This document shows, piece after piece, positions 14,160-27,707 of a DNA stretch of 64,000 nt. A model generated the notes under the pieces. The model was given only the letters and a program-made list of their open reading frames with translations, ran no database searches and was not told where the DNA came from. The stretch lies in assembly GCF_000143415.4 (NCBI RefSeq), contig NW_003314361.1:584883-648882 (forward strand). The letters are read 5' to 3'. The stretch comes from Selaginella moellendorffii. Its lineage: Eukaryota; Plantae; Lycopodiophyta. Made by a program: the position numbers and the translations under genes. Positions within the stretch are counted from its first letter, which is position 1, and each line of letters starts with the position of its first letter.

Positions 14160-15615
14160 GTAGTGTTATTTCTATTTATTAATCCAATTAATCAATGGAA
14201 GTTTATAATTATAAACATGTTTATAATTTATAAACACAAAATTAATTTTATTGAATATCAGGTAAAATAAACTAAAAATATTAAAAAGTGTGTAGGAAAG
14301 TTTAAAAATTATAAACATCTTTATAAATTATAAATAAAAAATTAATCTAAATAAATAGCAACCTTTAGATGTTAGAATATCCTAGAATATCCAATTATAT
14401 TTTAGGTATATTCATTACTGCCCAGTTTTGCCTAAACACGCTAGGAATTGACTTCAAATTTTTGCTGTAAGGGATTACTTTTTAGAGGTACTTAAAATAA
14501 TTTTAATTTTAATTTATTAATCCAATTGAAGTTTATAATTATAAACATGCTTAAAATATATTAAAAATATTCAATAAAATAAACTTAAATATACTAGGAA
14601 GTGTTTTGGAAAGTTTATAAATTATAAACATGTGCATAAATTATGAATACAAGATTAATCTAAATGAATAACAACCAATAGATGGTAGAATATCCTAGAA
14701 TATCCTAGAATATCCAAGAATATTTTAAGTATATCCACTACCATCCTAGTTCCCTTACTAAGAAAAAAAATCAACTTTTTATAACTATAAAAAAATTTGT
14801 TGATAATTTTGAGTTATTAGAATTTGTTATGAAATTAATAAAGCTACCATGGAAGAGAAAAAATTATAGAAACTGATTTTAGAAAAGTAATTGTCAAATT
14901 ATAATTAGATTTATACAACTTTCTAGTATAACAACTATGAATGACAAAAGTTAAAACAATTAAATTTATTGTGTATTTGGTCTTCTTAACATGACATTCT
15001 TTGATGTGGTATTTCTAAAGACACAACATTCTAGTGGCACAGTAATATTAGTGGCTTACAAATACTATTTTTTATTATCACTAATATTAATTATAAAGTT
15101 ATGCTCAACACACTGTTATTAGTAACTAACCAAATGATGAACTTATATGTTTGAAGGACAAATGTACATCAAACTGTAGAATGTTAGCTTCCTCAATATA
15201 TTTTTAAATAGTTTATATAATTAGTCAAAAGTTTTGACTTGAAGAAAATGTCTTTCTGTTTAAATAAGGATCCCAGTATTGGGACTATAAAACTCCATTT
15301 GAAATAGATAAAGTGAATTTATATGTTATTGTTCCTAAGATTTATTCTCATGTTAATTAGTGTTATTCTTACTTATTAATCCAATTGATCAAATAAAGTT
15401 TGTAATTTATAAACACAAGATTAATCTTATTGCATATCAATCATTAGATGATAGAATTAAAAAGAATATATGAAAAAGGGTTTTAAAAAGTTTATAAATT
15501 ATAAGCATTTTTATAAATTATAAATACAACATTAATCTAAATAAATAACAATCGTTAGATGGTTAAATATCCTAAAATATCCAAATATATCCTAGGTATA
15601 TTCACTATCATCCCC
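14160..15615. repeat. AT-rich region with three diverged ~230-260 bp copies (about 14160-14420, 14515-14745, 15358-15612)
   Basis: Recurrent TTATTAATCCAATT, AAGTTTATAAATTATAAAC, TTAATCTAAAT, GAATATCCTAGAATATCC. Confidence 0.7.
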
Positions 15616-15762
15616 CTTAAGCAAACCAAGAAAAAACAATATGGTTAGTCTCTCTTGAAGTCACTAAATTTCCAAAATGCCAACTCATGTATTTAGCATG
15701 GTTTAGGATGACTCTAAAGAATAATCTCTTTCATCCCAAATACCAACTTGTTTATAACTTTG

Positions 15763-17125
15763 TCAAGGATTCATGAGCGTGGAATCGCCCAAGAGTCTGT
15801 CCATAGCATCGTCTCTCAAAGACACATACGCAGCAACGCTGCCCTCGTCTCTCCCTGGGAAGTAGTACATCCTCCCATCGTTTGGGACCGCCACAGCTGC
15901 CATCCCCACCGGCTTGCCGAATCCAAAGTCCTCGTACACCGGGAAGTAGAACGAGCTCCCCACAATCACGTCATTCTTGGTTAAAGTCAAGCCAATTCGG
16001 TGCTGCTCGTCCGACGCAAGCATCTCCACGAGCTCGCAGAATCGCGTAGCCTGCTGTTCAGTGAATTCCTGGATCGTTTTTCTAAGCAGTGCCAGTCCAT
16101 CACGGCCTACTTGAGAAGCTGGCAGTGGAGTAGTGCCGATAATGAGAGCGCCCTGGCCTCCGTAACCCGGATCCAGCCACCGGAACCTCTTGCGGCAATT
16201 CACCGCAAAGAACATGGCTGTGGACCCATGAAGCTGGCGAGCGACAGTGATCTTCTCCCACAAGTGAGCCGTCAGGAGCTGGAAGGTTGTAAATCCGGGA
16301 TCTTTTTCCTTGAGCCTTGCGAGAACTTCCGCCTTGAACACGAAGCATCTGTTGCTATACTTTGTTGGATCTTCTAGTGTGGCAGACAGCACTGCTTGCT
16401 TTGGAGCCCGCCTCAAGTAGTGTGGAATCTCGAGCTTGTCAAGTGTCGGACGAGGAGGAAGAACTTTGATCGGCTGGTCGCTCCAGACTGGTAACAGTGA
16501 TATCTCTTGTCCACGGCAAACTTCCGCCCAGGATTTCCAGAAGTGCCATGCACTCGTCCCATCCATCACCTGGTGATTAAACTTGATCGAGATGCACAGA
16601 CCACCGCAAGAGAATCGAGTAGCCTGCAAAGCAAAAGGAAAAGAGTTTTTCCCTGGTGATGGAAAAATGGAAATTTGGTACCTGGATGAAGAGGAGAGGG
16701 GCGTCTGAAGGCCAGGGCCAGTTGAGAACATGCCCGGCAGTCTGCGCCAAGCTCGATAGATCCTCGTCAGGAAGCTGGAAATCACCATCGCTGTAGCTCA
16801 GATCCCCGAGCCCAACGTCGGAGCTGGCTCTGATAAACATGATGCCGTCGCCGTTACAGTCCACCTCCATGAGATCATCTTCTCGGACAACGAGACGTCC
16901 TCCGACAAGATAGAAGGCCCCCAGTGCTTTGCGAAGGCCGGCCTTGAGCCTCACTATTAGCGCATCAAAACAAGCACCTTCCTTGACTGAAGGACGCTCG
17001 AAAAAGAGAAACCGAGTGCGATACTGTACCTCCCAGGCGAAGTGAGCTAACGGCGAGAGAAGAGCCTTGCCGGGCTTGTTGATCTCCGGAGGAACCAAGC
17101 AGATCTCTTCCACCTCCACCTTCAT
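15763..17125 (-). CDS. BAHD acyltransferase; intron 16624-16681
   Basis: HxxxD motif (NHQVMDG), DFGFG motif (EDFGFGKP), Q|ATRFSCGG at the family-typical intron position. Confidence 0.92.
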
Positions 17126-17260
17126 TCCCAAAAGCGTCGAGAACGAAAACTTCTCCTAGTCAAAACCCTGAAGTGATGGAAAAAAAGGCGGCTCGTCAAC
17201 AACAAACCTTCTTAGTGGCAGGACACAAGGATCAAATGTTTCATTAAATGGAAAAAACTA

Positions 17261-18703
17261 TTACCCGTTCTGGTGAGTCCTAGAGCCATCCCCATTCATT
17301 GCCGCAATGATCGAGAGAGAAATGCTTTTGAGGCTCTGGCGAGTGTTGTACCTCTTTCGCTTCTTGAACGGTTGTTTTTCGGCAGAGGATTGATCCACCA
17401 CAACCTCCTCCAACTTGGATAGCTCGGCCTCCGGAAGAACACAGTCCTCCTCCACCTTCGATACTTCGGCCTCCGGAAGAACACAGTCCTTCACCTTGGA
17501 TACCTCGGCCTCCGGAAGAACACAGTCCTTCACCTTGGATACCTCGGCCTCCGGTAGAACACAGTCCTCCTCCACCTTGGATACCACGGCCTCCGGAAGT
17601 ACACAGTCCTCCTCGGTTACCAGAGGATCCCAGACGTTTGGTACGTCAAACAGTGGCTTTTCCACCGTCTCAATAGTGATGGCTGCCTTGTACGTGTTTT
17701 TCCTTGTGTATCCGTGCAAAAGTACCGAGCTGTGTTGTTGAAATGAAGTTTGTGAAGCAAAGAAAAGTTGAAAACAAGAGGGAGACACTACTTACTTGCA
17801 GTTTTTGGAGATGGCAGCTCTTGCCTGGTCCATCGTAAGCCCGAACAGCGTTGCCAGGTTTGCCGCGTCGTTGGGTCCCCGGATCTCGCAAGCGTTTCGG
17901 GCACCACTGCTTAAGATGATGTTACGACCGCGTGTCATAGTCACGAGCGTCTGGATATCGAGATGATGCCAGAATGAGAAGAGAAAAAAACACACACTCC
18001 TTACTTGAGTGTTTATGAACAGCTCTTTTCTTGCGTTTGGATCATCCAGAGCGGGGGCATACACGATCTCAAAGAAAACTCCTCGCTGTTAGAAAAGGCA
18101 ACGTGAGTTCTTCAAAGGACTAAAGCTAGGAAATGGAAAAACTATCTCACCTCTATAGCCGCATCTGTCAAGGCAGAAGATTTGATCCTGAAAGACAACT
18201 TCTGGGACAAATTCAAGCTTATCACATCAACCTGGAAAAAAAGAATCACGATCCAAGAGACAAAAAAAAATAGAAGAAAGGTCGAAAGTTCTCATTCTTA
18301 CCTCCATGGTCGTGCAAGCTTGAGCAAACGATTGCTGGCTCATCGGCTGGACAGCAACCACATCATACGACTGAAGCACGGGATTGGAAGGATTGAGAGC
18401 CGCCGCTTGCACTTGATCCACCACCACGACGCTGATTCTCGAGTACTGCCGGAATGGGATCTTGTTGGAGACTCCCAGGAGGCGGCGATGGAACTTCGTA
18501 GACTCACAAACCCCAGGCAATGCGGCGAGGAGCACATCGGGCTTGATTGGCCGCAGCTTGCAGCGATCCGACTCGTGCATCACGGCCTTGACAATGTGAG
18601 GAATGGCGACGCCGGTGTATCCCAGCTGCAATGCCATGGCCAGCGCCTCCCGCCTCGGCTGCTCATTGCCGCCATCGCCGCAAACGTTAAGATCGAAGAA
18701 CAT
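17261..18703 (-). CDS. RPP30: RNase P/MRP subunit p30, multi-exon, with repetitive acidic tail
   Basis: MFFDLN, LGYTGVA, YDVVAVQP, GVFFEIVYAP, TRGRNIILSSGA, EIRGPNDAANL. Confidence 0.9.
17413..17615 (-). repeat. Coding minisatellite, five 39-42 bp units encoding (EE/K)DCVLPEAEVSKV
   Basis: Direct reading of sequence and translation. Confidence 0.9.
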
Positions 18704-20166
18704 AGAAACCCTAAAATAAATAGGTCTCTTTTGAGAGAACAAAAAAAAGTTTTGTCACTTTTTGAAAGGAAAGAACTTTAGCTGAAAGTTTGTGTTTTAT
18801 GCTTGCTTGTATCACTGTTGCAAAGACATCATCTTCTAGCAATTGCCGAGCCCAATCCTGGTAGTGATTCCAATCCTTCTTTGCCTCTAGCAGGTACACA
18901 AACTGCTGCCACGGCTTCCAGTTTTGATTCAACCTCAGTATCGCTCATGTTCCACGCAAAAACGATTCCATACTCTCGGGATCTTGTTCCGTTACACGAA
19001 CCATGGAGCACTGCGTCTTCCATGCGACTGCTCCATCCATCCCCAAGAGAAACTCCATAAAACCAAGAACTCGGCAGCTATTGTCACTGTGGTGTCACCA
19101 CCATGTCTAGAGCTGCTTGTCTTCCCAGTCTTCTGTGATTGTTTGGAGTTGATCCAAACTCCTTGGCCACTCTCCGGCGAATTCCCATGCTATATCTGCA
19201 TTCATCAATAAGAGTGTTGGGCTGACCCCCTTTCCAAGGTTTCGATTGAAGTGTTTTGTGCTCTTCTCGAGGCCCCATGAATCTCTGACCTAATTGGGTG
19301 GATGAAGGAGCTTTCATTTTGTCGAAACAGTGGTGATTGACTGATTTTTGTCGCTGTTGTTGCAATCACAAACGCACCGCTCGAAATATTGCAAACAAAA
19401 CCGGAAAACTACGATGATTGATTGAAGCAGACAAAGGAGTTTCAATGTGTACAATTATTGTGGCAAAGTTGTTAACCCAAGCCGGTTTAAGCGAATATGG
19501 ACTCTGGTGATCCTCAGCCATTACAAAGGCTACTGTGCATTTGCAATCTTTTGAGCATAAAAAATAGAGAAATAGGAGCAGACAATGTGCATGTGAGGTT
19601 ACCACTGTTGTGTTGATGAATCTTAACCATCAATCCGGATTATCACAGCTTTCCTTTTCCGTTCATCTGGATTCTTGATGCATTTGCCGGGTTTTTAAGC
19701 ATCAGCATACATGACTCAACTTGAAGCCTACATCAGGTTTATTTGAGTTTCATGGCTCTTTTGATCTTTTAATTAGTGAGGATTAAAGTGTGTAAATTAG
19801 ATTCAAAGGAACATTAGACAATTACTTCAAGCTTCTAATATATACACTCCACTTTATTTATTTTTATACTTCATCCTAAAATGAATAATTTTATTCCAAA
19901 AGTTCAAAAGATCTTAACAAAAATGGATAATGTCCAAAATTTAATCATATGAACAAACAGAAAATAAATCACTGTGTTAGAGTGTTATAAAAAATCATTA
20001 TGGGTGTTGGCCACAGTGCCACGAATTTGTTTAAAAGTAAATATTTTTCATAAAATTTTAATGAACTTTTATTAGAAAACTTTAAAGCGAGAACTTAAAT
20101 CTAAGCTGTCTTGTTAATACAACATTTAGTTAGAATGCTATTAATTCTAAATTCCAAGTTTTAAAT

Positions 20167-21370
20167 TTAAGCTAAACTTGGTTTATGACACTTTCTATTT
20201 CCTACGCTGCTGAATAAATACTTTTGTTGGGTGCTCCGGATCTGACTGAAAAGCAGATCTAGCAACATCCTCCTCTTCCTCCGAGCCTCCAAAAGATTGA
20301 GTCTTATAAGTTCCAAGCAGACACTGGCAGTTGACAATATCAGGGGAGAAAAGCATGCTAGTGTAAGTTCCCGAGCACCCTCAAAATGTCCAGCCTTGGC
20401 AAACACATCCACCATGCAACCGTAATGAAGCCTGCTCGGCTTCATGCCAAAGTCTCGTCTCAACGCACAGAACAAATCCCGACCAACAAACATACTCCCA
20501 GCGTGAGTGCAGCCGATGATCAAACAATGAAAACTAGTGTCATTTGCCACAACCCCTTCCATCCCCACTGCTCGAAACAGCTCTTCGACGTCCGCCAAAC
20601 ATCCTCTCTGAGCATAAGCAACAAGCATGGAGTTCCAGGAAACGACGCTCGGTTGCGGCATCTCGTCAAACAACCTCCTCGCCATTGCTACAAGTCCTTT
20701 GCAAGCGTAAGCCCAGAGCATAGCGTTCCAGGAAACGACATCCCGTTCCAGCATCGAAAGAAACAGTACCTTCGCTTCAAACAGCCACCCGTTGTCAGCG
20801 AAACCAGCCAGAAGCGTGTTCCAGGATATCATGTCCTGCGCCGGCATCTCATCACCAAAAACTTACTCCTCAACAAGCCCATTCTCAGCATTTGCACCGA
20901 GCATCGAGTTCCACGACACAAGGTTACGGCTCGTCATCGTATCGAATAGATACTTGGCCTCCTCGACAAATCCCTTCTGGGAGTACGTAGCTAGCATGGT
21001 ATTGAACGACACCAGGTTCCTGACTTCCATCGCCTCAAAAGCCCGCTTCGCCTAGTTCAGCTGCCCGCCGCGGGCATATCCCCCGAGGATCACATTCCTG
21101 GACACTGTATCCCACACAGGCATTCTCTCAAACAAAACCTTTGCCTCGTTGATCATCCCGTTCTGTACATAAACAGCCACCATGAAAACACGCTCTGCTG
21201 CGGCATGCCGTCGAAAAGTTTTCTACATTTGTACACCGCCAGCATCCCGACGCACGAAACCAGATTGTGCTGCGGCATGTCGTTGTACAAACGCTGGGCC
21301 TCCAGCAGACTCCCGCGGCATGCTCTGAAACAAATCTACACCTGCTCCGGCCATGATCAGGCAACCACAC
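20167..21370 (-). pseudogene. PLS-class PPR pseudogene
   Basis: PPR repeats (DVVSWNAML.AYA) with an in-frame stop near 21052, broken frames upstream and an aberrant C-terminus. Confidence 0.75.
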
Positions 21371-22095
21371 AATGATTCTGTCGTAATTCTGGTAGATTAT
21401 ATTAATTTACTGTATTCTATATATATATATACATTTTTTGAAAAATAATTCATTAAATTGTTTTAGTGTTAAAATGCATTTAATTAACTATATGTGTTTT
21501 CATGTGAATAACCCAACATCGGAGAAGGTTGGTATTTTTTTCTTCGTGTCGGTTATAAGTAACGTACGAGCTATTATTGGTCGATTAAATATTGGGGGTG
21601 CTCCTGGAACATCTCCTCTCGCCCATACCCTGCGCATTATAACCTCGTCCCTCATCGTGTAGAAGTCGTTCAGATGCTCGAGATTGAAAACCTCATCCGG
21701 GAAATGAACAGAACGTGTGACCGTGGGCACCACACCTGTACAAATAAATAATCACTAACTTAAACAAGAAAAACAAAAAAAACAAAAAACAGAATACTGA
21801 ATTCAAAGTTACCTCTGAGTGCAGTCAGCAAAACTTGCTTGGCATTAGCCACACCTGTCTGATCAAGTGCATCCTGGTTCCAGAAAAACACAAGTACTGG
21901 ATCATCATCTGAAGCGCTGTGCAGGGCATCCAGGACATCTTTCTTTTTTTCTCCCTCGATTCCTTGTTGTGCAAGTTGGGAGGACAGCTCACAGTTTCTA
22001 CAGTGAAATACAGTAAATCCTACCATCGATTCCTGTTAGAACACACGCACCTCAATCCGTATAGCCAACGCGCCATCAGCTAAGCTCCCGTAGCG

Positions 22096-25000
22096 CTAAA
22101 CCCTAGCCCTCGACCTCCAACTGGAGCCAAGAATATTGTCGAAGGACATTCTCAAGACTTTTCGTGTTTTATTTTCAAGATAAGGAAGAGCAGTTTGATC
22201 CTTGGAATGCAGCCCAAGGACTGCAGTAAGCATGCCGAGCATCGGAAACAAAACGAACCACTTGAGAAGACGATAGTAATGCATATGAAACGTGAGGGAA
22301 AACTGATCCCGCGAAGTAGAAGCCATTCTTGTCCACCATTTCCAGCCTGACTGTTCCCGTCGATCGTGAGGAAGCGCAAGGAAGCTGAAGCTTCTGCACC
22401 CCTGGTTGATCGTAGATCTGAGACTGTCTCGTCTGTCTAGGCCCTTGAAAATTGCCGGGAACAAGTAGTGTTACCTGCAAACAACACAAATTCCTGTGTT
22501 CTCAGCAAGGAGGAAGTTCAAAGCGATTGAAAAAGCTTACAGTCACATTGTAAGGTCCTTGCAAGCTATGCTGATCCACGATCTTGAAGATGACCCAGAA
22601 CCTGCTGCCTGCTTCGTCCCGAAACGCTCTGGAGGATGGCAAAGCGTAGATGCCTTCGCGGTTATAGCGTGACGACACGTTCCTTCCGTGAGTTAGCTAG
22701 CATTGGTCATGCCTGCAGAGGAACAATTCAGAAGCAGCTCAGAAACAAAAAGTATCGTGTCTGAAAGCAGTAAATGTTTCTGTTCGTTGTTGTAACGATC
22801 AGATCAAGGTCATCTCCCCCGTCAGCTAAGACCATTGTGTATCTGCAAATAGCAAGACGCATCAGAAACTGAAAACCGAATTCATAACACCAAAAGAGTA
22901 CTTACGATTTCTCTCCAATATCGATCGTGTCAGCGCAGCCAGATTTCCCATCAATCATGTACAAGTATCCATCAAAGGACGTCGTCACCATAGTCAAGCC
23001 GCCTGTCTGCACCGTGTCCTCGCTAGAACCAAAGTCGAGCAGCAGAACCGAAGACATGACCCGGCCATGAGTTCGGAAGGGGAAAGGAGGAACATAACTG
23101 CCGTCACTGCCCCGCAAAACATAGATGTTTCCTGATGCAGTTGGAACAACAATGTTGCTACTTCCATCGCCGTTCACATCACCCACAGTTGGTGCCTGAA
23201 ACAAACACACAAAAGCTCATCAGACGGACACCTCTAACCGTTCTGAAAGACACGAAGTCTTACTTGAGCAACCAAACTCTTCAGGTGTACTTCCCACAAC
23301 AACTTGCCGGTGGGCGCCCAGGCAGCAACATTTCCTCTAGTGTCCGCAGTCAGAATCTCAACTTTCCCATCGTCATTGACATCGGCTGCAACGACTTGCG
23401 CGTGAATTTCTCCCATTTGTAAAGGAAAGTTCGCTCGCACAGATCCTGGATGAAAACAGAAATCCAGATTCAGTCACGATCGACAAGCGAAAGAGAGAGA
23501 GAGACGTACCATTGTAATGCAGAGCATACACGAATCCAAAAGAGGTTCCGACGAGAATGCTCAGGTAGCCTTCCCCGTCCAAGTCAACCACCGTGGGTAT
23601 ATACGCTCGAAAGCTCACGGAATCGGTGCTGAGATCCAGATGCGTTTCCACTTGACTTGTTTTGTATCCATGTTGAACACAACAATCTCCCCAGAAACAT
23701 ATTTTCCAATGTCTACATCCTTGCCCAGCTCGGAAGCATGCGCAGGTACGTCGCTCATCGCTCAAACCATCGTTTCCATGGTCACGGAAAACGTCAAACG
23801 AAGCGGCTGCTTCCTCCAATACACCTTCTTCAGTAACAGTTCTTTCTCCGACTTTGTGATCCGTCCAAACTTGCCTCAGTGTCGTCAACAGCTTTCTTAC
23901 CACTTGAGACGTATCCTGTATCAGCTTCCACTGGCTTGTTCGCAACATCAACAGCTTCGTCGATGAAATATTCATCGAACTCTTCTTCCTTATCGTCAAG
24001 AGGCCAGCGCGACATTTCATCATCGCTCAAATCATCGTCTCCACGATCAAGAAAAGCGTCGTCAAACGCTCGAACCTCTGGCCCAATAACTGTCCAATCC
24101 AGAAGCTTTCTTACTGCAGATATAGAACTTCGCGATTCGTTCAAACTGGCTGCGGCCATGTTAAATCCGGTTCCAGGTTCCTCAGTGTCGTCAACAACTT
24201 TTCTAGTAACTGAAACGTTTCCTGTGCTACTCACATTAACTTCCACTGGCTTGCTCACGTTGACAGAGGAATCAGCGGAGGCGTTGATCTGTGCAGTTTC
24301 AGAAGAATTTGCGACATGACTAGCGCTCTCCGAATGTTCAGTGGTTGACATGTTCATGTTCCTGTCAGGAACTGCAAGTAACAAGACAAGTTCATGCTGC
24401 ACTTGCACCGACAGCTGAATAACGTACTTGGAACGGAAGAAGCTAGACCGTCGTCGTGAACATCGGGATGAGACCGGTCGTCGTGATCGGGATCCAGCCC
24501 AACATACCAATCCTTCCCAACTCTGAGCTTAGGAACGACAAACTTGTCATCCGACGAAAAACCCGACGAACTGTTTCCACAATCAACGGTGGGTTAAGAA
24601 ACTAATAGAAGAAGAGGAACAAGGATTTCATCCAGCAATTACCGGAAAATAAGAACCTCTCCGAGAAGAATCTCCTTGTATCTATCCTTGTCAATGTCAT
24701 AAATTAAAGGACTCGAATGTACAATCGCTTGATGAAAAGCTGGCCAGCCTTGAGTAGCGAAAAGAAAGAGGAAAATAAAATTAAAAAAAAACTCGGGCTG
24801 GCTTACCTGACAATTTCTCACCGTCTGCACCTTCAAGGACATCCAGCACAACAACATCCAGCTTTCCGTCCCTGTACAAATTGGCAAACGATTCACACGC
24901 AAAACACTCAAAAAACTACAGCGATGCACAAGACGTACCCATTGATGTCTGCTATTAGTGGAGCTGAATATATACCTCCGCCTGCCATCGCAATTCCCCA

Positions 25001-25180
25001 CGCCTGGGACACTGCGTGTTCGCAAGAGCTTCTTCATCACTGCAACAAGAAAAACAAGCGTGACACCGACGAACGAACAAAAACCAGACGGAAAAAAAAC
25101 TCACAGATTAGTCGCCTGGCGGCTCAGAAAAATGTTGCTGCTCCATGTTCTTGTCATTCGCCACCGGCCTGGATAGCTGC
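22096..25180 (-). pseudogene. DEX1: DEX1-like (DEFECTIVE IN EXINE FORMATION 1) FG-GAP membrane protein, apparently disabled
   Basis: [61 protein letters not shown]; frameshift near 22320 and apparent internal deletions. Confidence 0.72.
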
Positions 25181-25187
25181 GCGTTGA

Positions 25188-25900
25188 TCAGCGCCACCAG
25201 CAGCAGCAGCAGCAGCAGCAACAGGAGGAGCCACATCTACGTAAGCCCCGGATTTCTCCTCCTCCACATCGATCGCACACCGCGCTGCAGCTGATCCGCG
25301 ACCTGGCTGCTGCATCCCGCAAGCACCGACATCCATCCCGTCTCGCTCGGCTCCTAGGGCATTGCCTCCAGCAGCTGCTCCGCCTGCCGCATCTCCCCAA
25401 CCCGCGCAAGCAGATCCACAACGGCAACGTAGTGATTGCATCCTGCCTCCAGCTGATGATCGCAAACCATGGATCGGAAGCACGCCCCGCCTTCCGCCAC
25501 CAATCCGGCATGAGCACAGCAGCTCAAAACGCTCTGGAAAACCACACCTCAACCTGCATCCTCCGCATCAGCTCCTCCGTTTTCCCACTCAACCGCGTCT
25601 CCACAACGCGATCTCCCCGCGGATCAATCTCTCGAAATGTGTCCTGCTCGCTTCCACCATTCCGCAGCTGGCGTACAGCTTCACCACGCAAACACCCAGC
25701 TCCCACTCCATTCCTCTGGCGACAATCTCTTGATGGATCATCACGCTGAGATGGAATCGACGAGCGGAAGAACAAGCCTCCGCCATAGTCGTGAGGCTGG
25801 ATTGATCCGGAATCACTCCCTCCAAATCCATCGCCAAGAACAGCCCTGTAGACGAATCGGGGTTGATCCCGCGATAATATGCAAAATTTTCAAAATCCAA
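25188..25900 (-). pseudogene. PPR gene 3' fragment, frameshifted
   Basis: MDLEGVIPD, KLYASCGMVE, FQSVLSCCAHAGLV, HYVAVVDLLARVG spread over different frames. Confidence 0.75.
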
Positions 25901-25997
25901 GGTATGCTGTGATGTTGCATATCAATTACCCAGAGCTCAAGAAGTAAAAAAGAGAAGAAAAAAAAAAAAAAAAAAACCAAAAGCGAACTTTGCGTGT

Positions 25998-27707
25998 CTA
26001 CTTCCATGGGAAAGCCATGACAAACTGCTGAACTCGAGACATCACCGGTAGCGCCTGCTCGTACGTGTCGCCATCATCTTTCTTATACTCTTGAAAGCTG
26101 TAAGTGTCGAACTTGGAGTCAGGAACCACGAAGATGAGCTTGTAGAGCCTTGGGATGGGCAGCTGCTTCTTCTCATGCCATATATCATACTCTTGCACCA
26201 CCTCCCATATTGCCGACCAGAAGAGTTTATGATTCCGGGAGATGGTCTCCTGGAAGATGATGTCGGGAGTGAATAGTGAGCCGAAAGCCTTCTGAGTAGC
26301 AGAATACGGCTCCACAAAACAAGCCTCTGGGAGGCTTGCTAGGCCAGTGGCTACCTCTGCCCCTGGTCGCCTTGCATCCTCTGTGCTAGCTGTGTCCATG
26401 TAGAGATTGAAACCAGCTTTGTCCACCTGCTTTTTCTTCCTCCGCCCCGAACTGGTGCCTCTCTCATCAACCGGGATGTCGCTTGTGATTTCCCAGCGTC
26501 GCAACCGCCTAAAATGCTGTGGCTTAAGAGAAATAGATGGAGAGCAGCTTGAGCTTGGGCCATTGAGTGGCCTCAGCTTGAACTCTCCACCTCCACTTCT
26601 GACCGTCTTGTGGAAGTGCCTCTCGAAAACCTTGCCTGCTAACGACTGGGCAGAAGGAATTTCCTGACAGAAGTCGAAGAAATCCTTGACTGCTTCAAAA
26701 CCTTGTTCTTCGTAAAGATCGCACACCATCTGCTCAATATACTCCGAGCCAAAGCACAGCTCCTTCTTTGTCACCCTGTAACAGTACCTCTCGTTCAAAT
26801 CCACCACGTTAGGAAGCTTATAATGCAGCAGATAGTGTGACAAGTCCGCACGTTTCTCCCCGTCCCCAGCTGCATGCCTGATTACTGCCTTCCAGTCACT
26901 AGCTCTTGACGCCGCGTTGTCCATATCACTTTTCAACTTGGCCAGAGACATCTGCTCATCCAAGATTAAACGCGGCAGGCCCCCGCAGATCTCATAGCGC
27001 TGCTCGATGTCACGGTCACTGAATTCCAACTGCAGCTCATCTCTGCAAGCCTTCAAATCTTCCAAGCTCCAAGCTTCAAGGTGACAAAGGATGCCTGTGT
27101 CCTTGGAACCCTCGTGATAGCCACGCCTGCCTGGGGAGACGCACTGAAGGAGAGGGCCGTAATGCCCTGCTACACCCCTGGATTCACCGTCGATTATCAG
27201 CCAGATGCTCTTCATAACCCAGGCCGGTGGAATCACATAGGCGAGTGACATCGAAACCAGGGGATCCTCCAAGGAGAAGTCGTAACACAGATAGAGTGGA
27301 TTGTCGCCTTTGGTCCTCCACACCACCTTGTTCTTGAGCTTGGCTTGCTTGTAGAACCAGTAATGTCCAAAGTAGCTCTTCCCAATCCCAGGCGTCCCCA
27401 CAAGGTGAAAACTGAACCTCCGTACCCGTTTCCGCCTCTTGGGTGCTGTATCCTTGTTTGCATCTACAGGAGTACCTGTTCCGGAGGCCATAATCAGTTG
27501 AATGTACTCCTCCAGAAGGTCGTAGTTTGGATGAACCCACAGCGGATGCAAAGATTCATCGCCCAAAAATCCCGAAGGTACGTCCAACACGCCATTTTCC
27601 ACCTCTGCAGCAGCAACCTCCCTACCATAGATCGCATACGGCTCGACCAGAACAACTGCGACTGCCCCAGCCGCCGCTGCCGCCGCCGCCGCCGCTGCAG
27701 ACGCCAT
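25998..27707 (-). CDS. Crinkler/RHS-type P-loop NTPase + REase-fold protein (569 aa, intronless)
   Basis: Walker A GTPGIGKS, Walker B LIIDG, VSP, WSLEDL, YEICGGLPR, GKVFE, FQETISRNH, LIFVVP. Confidence 0.8.
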   Translation of the reverse strand: MASAAAAAAAAAAGAVAVVLVEPYAIYGREVAAAEVENGVLDVPSGFLGDESLHPLWVHPNYDLLEEYIQLIMASGTGTPVDANKDTAPKRRKRVRRFSFHLVGTPGIGKSYFGHYWFYKQAKLKNKVVWRTKGDNPLYLCYDFSLEDPLVSMSLAYVIPPAWVMKSIWLIIDGESRGVAGHYGPLLQCVSPGRRGYHEGSKDTGILCHLEAWSLEDLKACRDELQLEFSDRDIEQRYEICGGLPRLILDEQMSLAKLKSDMDNAASRASDWKAVIRHAAGDGEKRADLSHYLLHYKLPNVVDLNERYCYRVTKKELCFGSEYIEQMVCDLYEEQGFEAVKDFFDFCQEIPSAQSLAGKVFERHFHKTVRSGGGEFKLRPLNGPSSSCSPSISLKPQHFRRLRRWEITSDIPVDERGTSSGRRKKKQVDKAGFNLYMDTASTEDARRPGAEVATGLASLPEACFVEPYSATQKAFGSLFTPDIIFQETISRNHKLFWSAIWEVVQEYDIWHEKKQLPIPRLYKLIFVVPDSKFDTYSFQEYKKDDGDTYEQALPVMSRVQQFVMAFPWK

